The notes below the pieces were generated by a model, which saw only the letters and a program-made list of their open reading frames with translations, had not been told where the DNA came from and ran no database searches. Made by a program: the position numbers and the translations under genes. A stretch of 64,000 nucleotides of DNA from NCBI GenBank assembly GCA_030037315.1, contig JASHRM010000048.1, positions 748 to 64,747 on the forward strand, in the 5' to 3' direction. Each line of letters opens with the position of its first letter. Position 1 is the stretch's first letter. This DNA is from Candidatus Acidiferrales bacterium. GTDB taxonomy: Bacteria > Acidobacteriota > Terriglobia > Acidiferrales > UBA7541. Shown piece by piece: positions 56,117 through 64,000 of the stretch.

Positions 56117-57649
56117 TTAGGCTCCTCGAGACAATCCGAGACTGGAACTGGACTCCGGCAAATTCGATTTCTTGAGAGGTTTTCGGCTCGAAATCGGCCC
56201 AATGGCCGGGACCATCGCTAGCACAGGCAGCCGCAGGGCAAATTCCACATCACGCTCTGTCCGGAGCGATTTGTCCTGCATTTCTAAAACGAAAGCGATG
56301 CCCACTCCCAAAGCCAACCCTCCGCCAAATCCTCCCAAGAGGAAATTAAGCCCATTCGGAAATGAAGGGCTGTCAGGCAAGTTCGCGGGATCCAGAATCG
56401 TAAATTGCTCGCTCTGCTGTTGTGATTGCAGATCACCTGCCATCTTGGCTTCCTCTCGCTTTTTCAAGAGGTCATTGTAGGAATCGAGCGCTGTCTGATA
56501 GCCGCGCGTCAGCTCCTTATATTGTTCTTCCACAGCGGGACTAGTTTGAATCCGGCCCTGGTAAACTTGGATTTCTTTCTTGATCTCTTCCTGCTCCCTA
56601 CTTTTCTCTGCGATCACTTGTTCAGCGGTGTGAATTTGGCTGCGGTACTGCGTGATCTGTGCGGGCTCAACGGTTGACTTCTGTGACGGAGCAACGGGAG
56701 TTTTCGCATCGTTCGATTCCGCGATCCTCTTTTGAAGAACCGCGATATCGGCTTTGGCCTTAATCACGTCCGGATAATCATCCGTATAACGAGCCTGAAG
56801 GCTTGCCAGCTGTGTTTGTAATGCAACAAGCTGCTGTTGCAACGTTTCCGGGTTGTGCCCTGTCTGGGATTCCTGCCAAGCCGCAAGCTGCTGCGTCAGC
56901 ATCGACTCGGCGAAGCTCTTATCCTGCTGCGCGCGCGCCAGGGCCTGGCTCGCTGCATCCAGTTGCGTAGTCAAATCGGTGAGCAGGTTCAGGTTTCTTG
57001 TTTCATCCTCCGGTAACGAGCCGATGTAGTGGCTCTTGAACGCGGCGAGCTTTGCATCCTGTTGATCGAGATTCGCCTTCGCATCCGCCAATTGCTGGGT
57101 AAGAAATCGGGTCGTTTGTTCGGAATGTTGTTCGCGCAATTCGGAGTCTTCGGAGATAAACATCGACGTGATGGTCGTGCAAACGCCTTGCGCGGCGCGC
57201 GGATTATCCAGCGTCACGGAGATGATGAATCCTGGCAGATCTCTCGCTCCCGTTTCAGCCATTGGTTCGATCGGCGTGATGTCGATCGCCTTCTGCAGCC
57301 GCGCGACTAAGTCTTCCATCGGCCGCTTATCGATATCGTCTCGATACAGGCCGAATTGACGGATGACGGGTTCCAGCCTAGTTCTGCTGAGAATCTGCTG
57401 CTGCATACTCGCCAATTGTTGACTGATGGATGTGACATCGATCTGCGGAACGATTTGGTCCGAAACCGTCGGAGGCTGCACCAGAACAACCGTCTGTGAC
57501 TTATATCGAGCCGGAAGAAATATGGAAACGCCGTAAGCCAGCGGGCCTCCGACGAGGGTGAGCAACAAAATCGGCACCCAGCGTCGCCGCAGCATGGCGA
57601 CGTAATCTTCAAAAGTAAGTTCACGCTGATGTTGTTCGTCCACTGCCAT
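56117..57649 (-). CDS. Polysaccharide chain-length determinant / co-polymerase (Wzz/GumC-like, PCP family)
   Basis: N-terminal TM then YKSQTVVLV, a long coiled-coil middle section, a second TM near the C-terminus (LLGGFGGGLALGVGIAFVLE), 510 aa. Confidence 0.85.
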   Translation of the reverse strand: MAVDEQHQRELTFEDYVAMLRRRWVPILLLTLVGGPLAYGVSIFLPARYKSQTVVLVQPPTVSDQIVPQIDVTSISQQLASMQQQILSRTRLEPVIRQFGLYRDDIDKRPMEDLVARLQKAIDITPIEPMAETGARDLPGFIISVTLDNPRAAQGVCTTITSMFISEDSELREQHSEQTTRFLTQQLADAKANLDQQDAKLAAFKSHYIGSLPEDETRNLNLLTDLTTQLDAASQALARAQQDKSFAESMLTQQLAAWQESQTGHNPETLQQQLVALQTQLASLQARYTDDYPDVIKAKADIAVLQKRIAESNDAKTPVAPSQKSTVEPAQITQYRSQIHTAEQVIAEKSREQEEIKKEIQVYQGRIQTSPAVEEQYKELTRGYQTALDSYNDLLKKREEAKMAGDLQSQQQSEQFTILDPANLPDSPSFPNGLNFLLGGFGGGLALGVGIAFVLEMQDKSLRTERDVEFALRLPVLAMVPAIGPISSRKPLKKSNLPESSSSLGLSRGA

Positions 57650-57668
57650 CTCCTATCGATCAGCTCTT

Positions 57669-59168
57669 TTAGAACGGAAGCGGCCGTGATAGCCAGCCGA
57701 TCCCAACTGTGACCGAATTGCGTATGATGTTCGTGCCGCACGTAGGCAAACAGAAATTCTCATTCGAATCCTGGTACTGAAACTCATAGGCGACCGAAAG
57801 CCGCAACGTGCGCCCAATCGGGTGCGTCAGATTCGCGCTCGTAAACCAATAATCGTAATTCTGAGGCGCCACACTATCCGAAATGATCGTTGTGCCAGCA
57901 CTGCGCGAAAATCCCGCATTCACGTTGCCGGAAAGTGTCCGCGTTATTTGGCGGCTGAAAAACCCGGTAGCCATGTCGTTTACCGAACCCGCTAACACGC
58001 CGGATCCAGCGTAGACGCCGTGATCAAAGGAGACACCCAACTGCGAGCGTTCGAACGCATAGGTAAGAGATGTGTTCAGCGCCCACGTAACCTGCGAAAA
58101 CGAAGTGATGGTCGGCGGCTCACCCGTCGTTCCCTGATTCAGAGTGATCGGAAACCTTGAGAAAATGAATTGCGGGCCTGCCGCAATTTGGAACGCGAGC
58201 CTACCGGTGACGCGCCGCGCGTAGGACAACTGCACGGTATGTGTATTGATCGACTGATCGAAACCGCTATATCGGATACCATTGTACGTATAAAAGACCG
58301 CGACCGTATCCTTTCGCGTCGCCTGGTAATTATATCCGGCGCGCGCGATCACATCGCCAGATGTCAGCAGACTGCTGCTGAAGTAATCAAGCAACGTGTA
58401 TCCTCCGGCGAATGTCAGCGACGACCGGCGGCTGAGATAACGGTCGACTTCCAGGAAAGATGAATTCGACAAATTCTGACCGAAACCCGTCAGCAGGGAT
58501 TGACCGGATGTAAACCCTGCACCCAGCCCGGATGCACCGCCACCAGGCAAGGAAATACCGCCGTTCCCAAATCCGAACGATGATTCGGGCAAGTAACTCA
58601 GCTGATCGAATAGTCCGACGCTCCATCGCCGGAAATTCAATCTGTCAGAAAAACCTAACTCCTGGACAATGCCGTTGCCAACATCGCTCTGGTTGGAGAA
58701 CATTCCACCGGCTAGATAACTTAGAGACAGCATCGAATTCGACGAATTTCGAACTAGATCTACACCGCCGTAAACCGCAGCCCATGCTCCCCAGCCCGTA
58801 CTTCCAGCCGTCTCTTGGGGATTCGAATCGGCCGTGGCTGTTAGATCCACATATGGCTGCCAATAGCTATGGTTCATCGGAATGCCTAGCGACAAGTTCT
58901 GAACGCCGGAAAGCGGCCTGTTATCTGGAGCCAATTCCTGCGTCTCTTGGCCAGTTCCATTGTCAGCCGCAGCCGCCATCGGCGAGCGATAAGCTGGAAT
59001 CGGGGGTGTGCTTTGGACTGGCCCCTGATTCGAGTTTTGGTCGCCGCCTTGACTGTTGTTTTGTCCGTTGTTTTGATCTTGAGGCTGCTGCTGAGCGCGG
59101 GAAGGCAGTACGCACACCACGGCGAACAAGAGAGAGAGAAAAGCAGCTCGATGTAATGTACGTTTCAT
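57669..59168 (-). CDS. Predicted outer-membrane beta-barrel protein (PEP-CTERM-locus associated type)
   Basis: Signal peptide MKRTLHRAAFLSLLFAVVCVLPSRAQ from the ATG at 59168. A Q/N/G-rich linker is followed by alternating-hydrophobicity strands. It ends in ...GIGWLSRPLPF (terminal Phe). Confidence 0.6.
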   Translation of the reverse strand: MKRTLHRAAFLSLLFAVVCVLPSRAQQQPQDQNNGQNNSQGGDQNSNQGPVQSTPPIPAYRSPMAAAADNGTGQETQELAPDNRPLSGVQNLSLGIPMNHSYWQPYVDLTATADSNPQETAGSTGWGAWAAVYGGVDLVRNSSNSMLSLSYLAGGMFSNQSDVGNGIVQELGFSDRLNFRRWSVGLFDQLSYLPESSFGFGNGGISLPGGGASGLGAGFTSGQSLLTGFGQNLSNSSFLEVDRYLSRRSSLTFAGGYTLLDYFSSSLLTSGDVIARAGYNYQATRKDTVAVFYTYNGIRYSGFDQSINTHTVQLSYARRVTGRLAFQIAAGPQFIFSRFPITLNQGTTGEPPTITSFSQVTWALNTSLTYAFERSQLGVSFDHGVYAGSGVLAGSVNDMATGFFSRQITRTLSGNVNAGFSRSAGTTIISDSVAPQNYDYWFTSANLTHPIGRTLRLSVAYEFQYQDSNENFCLPTCGTNIIRNSVTVGIGWLSRPLPF

Positions 59169-59172
59169 GGCG

Positions 59173-59790
59173 CTATGGGACAACAATCGTGTCTCCCGCT
59201 TTGAGGCTCACGTTCTCGTCAGGACGTTTCCCGTTAACTACATCTTTGTAGTTGAACGGATATTTCACCTGTTTGCCATTTTCCATTCGAAACATGTAAA
59301 TCTTCTTCAAATTTGCGAATTGCGTGAAACCGCCCGCACTCGACAAGGCCTGGAGAAAGGTCATATTAGGCAGCAAGGGATATGCTCCCGCCCGCGATAC
59401 TTCACCCATGATGTAAACGCGCTGACTATTGATTTGACTCACGATTACGGTTACTTGAGGATCGGTAACAAATTTTTTGAGATCAGTCGTGATCTGGGCT
59501 GCCAGCTGCGTCGGAGTCAAGCCTGCGGCTTGCACGTCATTGAGCAACGGTAAAGAAATCTTTCCATCCGGCCGCACGGGAACCGTGCGAGTTAGCTCAG
59601 GCTCCTTCCAAACGCTGATGTCCAGAATGTCCTGTGCACCAATCGTGTAGTTCGGATCACTAGCTGCCTGTTTCGGTGTCTCGGACTGGGCCGCATTTGT
59701 TTGGGCCTGCGTCAGCGCCGGTAAGAGCGCGATTGCCAGGGCCGTCAGTACCCAAGCTTGTAATCGTCGATGCATTGACTTCGCTCCCAT
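59173..59790 (-). CDS. Polysaccharide export protein (Wza/EpsE-like: Poly_export + SLBB)
   Basis: Signal peptide, YTIGAQDILDISVW, PVRPDGKISLPLL and VYIMGEV motifs. 205 aa. Confidence 0.85.
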   Translation of the reverse strand: MGAKSMHRRLQAWVLTALAIALLPALTQAQTNAAQSETPKQAASDPNYTIGAQDILDISVWKEPELTRTVPVRPDGKISLPLLNDVQAAGLTPTQLAAQITTDLKKFVTDPQVTVIVSQINSQRVYIMGEVSRAGAYPLLPNMTFLQALSSAGGFTQFANLKKIYMFRMENGKQVKYPFNYKDVVNGKRPDENVSLKAGDTIVVP

Positions 59791-59791
59791 C

Positions 59792-60736
59792 TCAGTGGCT
59801 CACCTCATCCACACCAATTTGTTTCAATTTGTACAGCAAGGATTTGTAGCTGATCTGTAATTCGCGCGCCGCCCGCTTGCGGTTCCACCGCGTGCGCGAT
59901 AGAGCCTTTAATATCAGCTCCCGCTCCGCCTCTCGCGAGGCTGCTCGTGCGGCCGCCTTCAGCGAATAGGTTTCAGAGGTCTTGTCCCTTGCAGAAATCG
60001 CCATTTGTTCTTCGATTCCGGCTAGGGCCAGCTTCTCGTCGCCAAGCGCGACGAGTTTTCTCGCAACATTTTCAAGTTCTCGAATGTTCCCAGGCCACGA
60101 ATAATCGATTAGCGACTGGAGCGCCTCCGCGCTGAAGTCCGGGCGTGGCCTGCCGAGTTCTCCCGCGTGCTTTGTCAGGAAAAATTCGAGCAGAGAGGGA
60201 ATATCTTCTTTGCGCTCGCGAAGAGGCGGCAGCCTCAAACAGATGCAACTAATCCTGTAATAAAGATCGCTGCGAAAACGGCCGGCGCGCATCTCCTGAT
60301 CCAGATTCCGGCTCGTTGTTGAAATGAGCCTCACATTGAAAGCGCTGCGGCACGATTCTCCTTCACCGTCAGGCAGAGCGCATAACAAATCACGCTGGCA
60401 GGAAACATCCAAATCCGCAATCTCGTCCAGAAAGAGTGTCCGAGTGCCGTTGAATTCCTGTCCTCGAGAATTCGATCCGATTTCAGAGAACAAGTCGTTG
60501 GATCGGATCGAACCGCAAGAGACTCGTATGAGGGGTGCCGTTGCATGCCGCGAAAGACGGTGCGCCCGTCGAGCAAACATCTCTTTTCCAGTGCCGCTCT
60601 CGCCAACGAAAAGAATCGGAATATTCGTGGGCGCAATTTCCGAAAGAACTCCCTCCAATGTTAGCGTGGCGCGGCTGACACCTGTGAACCATCCAAGCGG
60701 CGGCGAGGCCAACTCAGTTGTATTGTCGATTGTCAT
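59792..60736 (-). CDS. AAA+ enhancer-binding-protein-like transcriptional regulator without a sensory domain or the GAFTGA loop
   Basis: Walker A VGESGTGKEMFA, Walker B TLFLDEI, FRSDLYYRI, LPPLRERKEDIP, WPGNIRELEN, and the Fis-type HTH RKRAARELQISYKSLLYKLKQ. Only 12 aa lie between SEIG and TLFLDEI, where canonical bEBPs have about 23 including GAFTGA. Confidence 0.85.
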   Translation of the reverse strand: MTIDNTTELASPPLGWFTGVSRATLTLEGVLSEIAPTNIPILFVGESGTGKEMFARRAHRLSRHATAPLIRVSCGSIRSNDLFSEIGSNSRGQEFNGTRTLFLDEIADLDVSCQRDLLCALPDGEGESCRSAFNVRLISTTSRNLDQEMRAGRFRSDLYYRISCICLRLPPLRERKEDIPSLLEFFLTKHAGELGRPRPDFSAEALQSLIDYSWPGNIRELENVARKLVALGDEKLALAGIEEQMAISARDKTSETYSLKAAARAASREAERELILKALSRTRWNRKRAARELQISYKSLLYKLKQIGVDEVSH

Positions 60737-60901
60737 AGAGCAAGTTGTCGTGCGGCGCTAACTCTCTGGTGAGATCAGGACGCAGCGATCACGGCGCCTT
60801 CGGCGCGATTTGAGATGAACCCCTTTGCTTTCCGTAAGATGGAAAGAATCTATCGCTCTCCACTTTTTCAGCACATTAACCTACCGTCGGCACTGGTATA
60901 G

Positions 60902-60916
60902 GCAATCGGGCTGCCC
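60902..60916 (-). promoter_or_regulatory. Weaker candidate sigma-54-type promoter upstream of the regulator/export operon
   Basis: The minus strand reads GGGCAGCCCGATTGC. GG and GC are at the correct spacing but flanking positions deviate. It lies 166-180 nt upstream of the ATG at 60736. Confidence 0.3.
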
Positions 60917-61193
60917 TTGAATCCTTGGCTGAGCCCCTGTCAGTAAAGCGATTGTTTTAATGGACTTCCGGTTGGTCAGCTCTGCAGACCTGAGGATTAG
61001 GTGGTAGGCAACGGGCAGAAGGTGGAAAATCTCTTCCACTCCCTCCCATCTAGAACTTGCTCTTCGCGGCTAGGCGACGCCCCCGTCAGCTTTCAACGGG
61101 TGTCCCTACATCATCGACTATGCTGGTAACAAACGACTTAGTATGTAGCCCGCGTTCGAGCCAGGCTTCGGGACTCACAATTGCAACATTCAC

Positions 61194-61214
61194 AGAATCT
61201 GCGAAGAATCTGCG
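61194..61214 (+). repeat. Tandem direct repeat AGAATCTGCG-A-AGAATCTGCG (11-bp period) upstream of the TPR gene
   Basis: Read directly. It lies 33-53 nt upstream of the ATG at 61247 and overlaps the left arm of the inverted repeat CTGCGC(61210-61215)/GCGCAG(61228-61233). Confidence 0.4.
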
Positions 61215-61246
61215 CGATCACGATGTTGCGCAGAAATCGAGGCGCT

Positions 61247-63526
61247 ATGTTTCGTAAGTTATTGATTATAATTGATATAGTTTTAATACTCGCGACGGCC
61301 GGCTGCGCAAGAAACTCGGAGGCCCGGAAAAGGCACTACATAGACAGGGGAAGTTCCTACCTTCAGCAAGGTAAGTATCAAGAAGCAATCATCGAATATG
61401 AAAACGCGGTCCAAATCGACCCTAGGAATAGCGATGCCCACTACGGGCTCGCACAGTGCCTCATTAAGGAGGGCGACTGGACACACGCTTACCAAGAGCT
61501 GATGTCCGCAGTCGAGTTCGCGCCCAACAATTGGAAGGCGCAGTTGACGTTAGGCAACCTGTTGCTCGCAGGCCACCATGTCGCGGAAGCACGCGATAGG
61601 GCGCAAACGGTACTGCGGGCCGATCCGGGCAATGCGCAAGCGGAAGTTCTCTTGGCTGCATCAGACGCGGCTGCCGGCGATTTAAATAAGGGAATCTCTG
61701 AAGGACAGCAAGCGGTCCAAATGAACCCCAGCCGCTCGGACAGTTATCTCTTCCTCGCCGAAGCGGAAGAGAAAAATAAAGATTTCCTATCCGCCGAAAG
61801 AGATTACCGAAAGGCCAGCAGTCTAAATCCCAAGTCAGCGCCGCTAATGTTGAGATTGGGTGAATTTCTCGCTCGACAGAAACGCTATTCCGACGCGGAA
61901 CAGGAGTTCAAGCTGGCATCTACCTCCGCCCCGACGGACCCCGCCCCGCGGGCGGCGCTCGCGCAGCTGTACTTCACCCAAGGTCAGAAGGAGATGGCGG
62001 AAAAGGTCTTGCGAGACGCCAGCACCTCCTTGAAAGATAATCCGCGAGCATATCGAATGCTCGCCGACTACTACCTGAGCCAGAAGCAGATGGACAAAGC
62101 GTTGACTGAATTCGCCTCGCTTCATTCCGAGCATCCCAAGGATATTACCGTCACGAAAACATATATCGGGATACTCATAGACCAAAATCGCTTGGATGAC
62201 GCGTCGAAGCTTACCGATGAAATTCTCCAAAGCTCAAGTTCCGACACAGATGCACTTATCTTTCGCGGAGAAATTTTGATCCGGCAAGGGAAAGCGAGTG
62301 ATGCGATTCCCATACTGGCGTCGGCCGCGAAAAATGCGCCGAACAATCCGATCGCCCATTACCAACTAGGCGTTGCGCATGCCGAAACTTCAGACGATGC
62401 AGAAGCGCAATCCGAATGGGAAAAAGCCGCGACCCTGGCGCCGAACATGGTCGACAGCGAACGCGCCCTGGCATTGCTGGCAGTCCGCAAGTCGGACGCA
62501 AGCTTGCTGACTTCCAGCAGCGAGCAGTTGATGCGAATTGAACCTCATGCCGCTGAGGGCTACATATGGAATGCCAAAGCTTTCTTACTAAAGGGCAATG
62601 AAAATGACGCAATAGAAGATCTCAAGAAAGCCATGGAAGCGGCCCCGCAGGATTCGGCCCCGCTTGCTCGAATGGCGGATCTGCGATTCGCCCACAAACA
62701 ATACGACGATGCCGCGAAGCTATATTCCCAAGCGCTGGCGCTTAATCCGAACGCAGTGGATGCGCTCGTCGGCCTTGTCAACATAGACCTGGTTCGAAAG
62801 CAGCCCGCTGAAGCGTTGAAGCGCGTGCAAGAGCAAATTGCGCGCATTCCGGATAATACAAACTTATATGTGCTGCTCGGTCAGGCAGAACTGCGCAACC
62901 AGGACTCGGCGAAGGCTGAACAGGCATTCCAAAAAGCCATCGACTTGAACAAAAACAACGTCAACGCATTTCTAATGCTGGCCAGTACGGAAGTAGCGCG
63001 CGGCTCGGTAGATCAAGCCATCACAAATTATCAACAAGCCCTCCAAACTAATCCGCGCGACGTACGTCTTCACGCCGGGTTGGGAATGCTGCTCGAAATG
63101 CGAGGCGATTGGCAAAAGGCAGAGGATTCCTACCAGAGAGCTTTGGATATTCAGCCTGATTATCCGCTAGCCGCGAACAACCTCGCGTACCTAATGTTGG
63201 AGCATGGAGGGAACGTGAACGTTGCTCTTTCGTTGGCACAAACAGCGCGTCGAGGATTGCCGGATCAGCCCAACGCAGCTGATACACTCGGCTGGGCGTA
63301 TTATCATCAAGGCGCTTATTCCTCCGCGATCGACATGCTGCAACAAGCGGTTAGCGAAAACTCGAAGAACGCGACGTTCCACTATCACCTGGGGATGGCG
63401 TACGAAAAAGCCAGCAAATACGCAATGGCCAAGAAAGAGCTTGAAGACGCGCTACAGATCAATCCGAACTATGCGCAGGCCGATGAGATCCGCAAAGTGC
63501 TGGCCAGCAAGCCCGCGTCAAATTAG
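61247..63526 (+). CDS. TPR-repeat lipoprotein (PrsT-like, PEP-CTERM system associated)
   Basis: MFRKLLIIIDIVLILATAGC is a lipoprotein-type signal with Cys. More than 15 TPR-like units then run throughout (AIIEYENAVQIDPRNSDAHYGLAQC...). Divergent from the regulator/export operon. The ORF-track start at 61181 is probably too long. Confidence 0.75.
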   Translation: MFRKLLIIIDIVLILATAGCARNSEARKRHYIDRGSSYLQQGKYQEAIIEYENAVQIDPRNSDAHYGLAQCLIKEGDWTHAYQELMSAVEFAPNNWKAQLTLGNLLLAGHHVAEARDRAQTVLRADPGNAQAEVLLAASDAAAGDLNKGISEGQQAVQMNPSRSDSYLFLAEAEEKNKDFLSAERDYRKASSLNPKSAPLMLRLGEFLARQKRYSDAEQEFKLASTSAPTDPAPRAALAQLYFTQGQKEMAEKVLRDASTSLKDNPRAYRMLADYYLSQKQMDKALTEFASLHSEHPKDITVTKTYIGILIDQNRLDDASKLTDEILQSSSSDTDALIFRGEILIRQGKASDAIPILASAAKNAPNNPIAHYQLGVAHAETSDDAEAQSEWEKAATLAPNMVDSERALALLAVRKSDASLLTSSSEQLMRIEPHAAEGYIWNAKAFLLKGNENDAIEDLKKAMEAAPQDSAPLARMADLRFAHKQYDDAAKLYSQALALNPNAVDALVGLVNIDLVRKQPAEALKRVQEQIARIPDNTNLYVLLGQAELRNQDSAKAEQAFQKAIDLNKNNVNAFLMLASTEVARGSVDQAITNYQQALQTNPRDVRLHAGLGMLLEMRGDWQKAEDSYQRALDIQPDYPLAANNLAYLMLEHGGNVNVALSLAQTARRGLPDQPNAADTLGWAYYHQGAYSSAIDMLQQAVSENSKNATFHYHLGMAYEKASKYAMAKKELEDALQINPNYAQADEIRKVLASKPASN

Positions 63527-63681
63527 CGGCAGCTCCAGAACGTCGCCGGGCAAATCAACCGGGCCAGACCTACCCGCGTTCGGAGCCGCTTGCGCACCTG
63601 CTCAAATCCAATTTCCGTTCTGCGTTACAGTCTTCTATAATTGATCGGTTTGGTTTCCACGGAAGGCCTTGCCTATATATT

Positions 63682-64000
63682 ATGTTGAAGAGTATCCAGC
63701 AGCGCGATCTTGATCGAAATCGCTGGATCAAGATCACGATGGCCGTAATCTTGGGCCTGATTTGCATCAGTATGGTTGTCACTCTAATCCCAGGCCTCAT
63801 GACTGGGACCACTGACGCGACGAGTCCGGACGCAATCGCCACCGTGGCCGGCCAGAATATATCTGTCGCTGAATTTCAGCAGGAATTCGAGCAGGCTACC
63901 CGCAATCAAGTGATTCCCCAGATGCGGCAGGCCTATGTGCAAACCGTTCTAGACCAGATGATCTTTCAGCGGGCCCTCGACTACGAAGCGAATCGTCTGG
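63682..64000 (+). CDS. PpiD/SurA-N-like periplasmic chaperone (peptidyl-prolyl isomerase family), 3'-truncated by window edge
   Basis: My own translation from the ATG at 63682 is MLKSIQQRDLDRNRWIKITMAVILGLICISMVVTLIPGLM...VAGQNISVAEFQQEFEQATRNQ.... This gives an N-terminal anchor plus a SurA_N-like start, as in PpiD. The frame is open to the window end. It is not in the ORF track. Confidence 0.55.
   Translation, partial: MLKSIQQRDLDRNRWIKITMAVILGLICISMVVTLIPGLMTGTTDATSPDAIATVAGQNISVAEFQQEFEQATRNQVIPQMRQAYVQTVLDQMIFQRALDYEANRL

Noticed and set aside
1-64000. Searched by eye for CRISPR arrays, tRNA/rRNA genes, transposases or integrases, long terminal repeats and toxin-antitoxin pairs.
   Set aside because: None found. 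All ORFs over 150 aa with credible coding character are accounted for by glycan biosynthesis, export or regulation genes, and no repeat-spacer periodicity was seen.

Overview
Nearly the whole window (about 1.0-60.7 kb) is one very large cell-surface polysaccharide locus. About 50 of its genes are co-oriented on the minus strand, many with 4-nt start/stop overlaps. It has the gene set of a PEP-CTERM/exosortase (EpsH-type) exopolysaccharide system. That set is an exosortase with the ECSGIRS active-site motif, a Wza-like exporter, a predicted outer-membrane beta-barrel, a Wzz/GumC-like co-polymerase, an ExeA-like AAA ATPase and a BY-kinase with a C-terminal Tyr cluster. It also includes a priming phosphoglycosyltransferase, two AsnB-type amidotransferases, two FemAB/GNAT-like proteins, three CE4-like deacetylase-fold proteins, one Wzy/O-antigen-ligase-like protein, two MOP flippases and about 10 GT2/GT4 glycosyltransferases. 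A divergent TPR lipoprotein (PrsT-like) is followed by a PpiD-like chaperone. Three nucleotide-sugar routes can be read: GDP-D-glycero-D-manno-heptose (gmhA/hddA/gmhB/hddC plus an SDR), a WbpB/D/E-like 3-acetamido sugar route, and a CDP-hexose route (rfbF, SDR, RmlC-like). Gene content and style suggest an Acidobacteriota-like soil bacterium, but this is inference only. No rRNA, tRNA, CRISPR array or transposase was seen. The most interesting observations follow. (1) The priming sugar transferase carries an N-terminal degenerate GGDEF-like domain that keeps an RxxD I-site register, making it a candidate c-di-GMP receptor. (2) Two near-consensus sigma-54 (-24/-12) promoters sit in the two largest minus-strand intergenic gaps, one directly upstream of a NusG/UpxY-like paralog that heads the long operon. 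(3) The only AAA+ enhancer-binding-type regulator present lacks both a sensory domain and the GAFTGA sigma-54 contact loop. (4) One AsnB paralog has its N-terminal nucleophile Cys replaced by Pro. (5) An internally duplicated Cys-rich protein of unknown function lies in the distal sub-operon. (6) A single opposite-strand secreted beta-helix protein interrupts the array. All functional calls come from motif reading by eye; no database search was possible.
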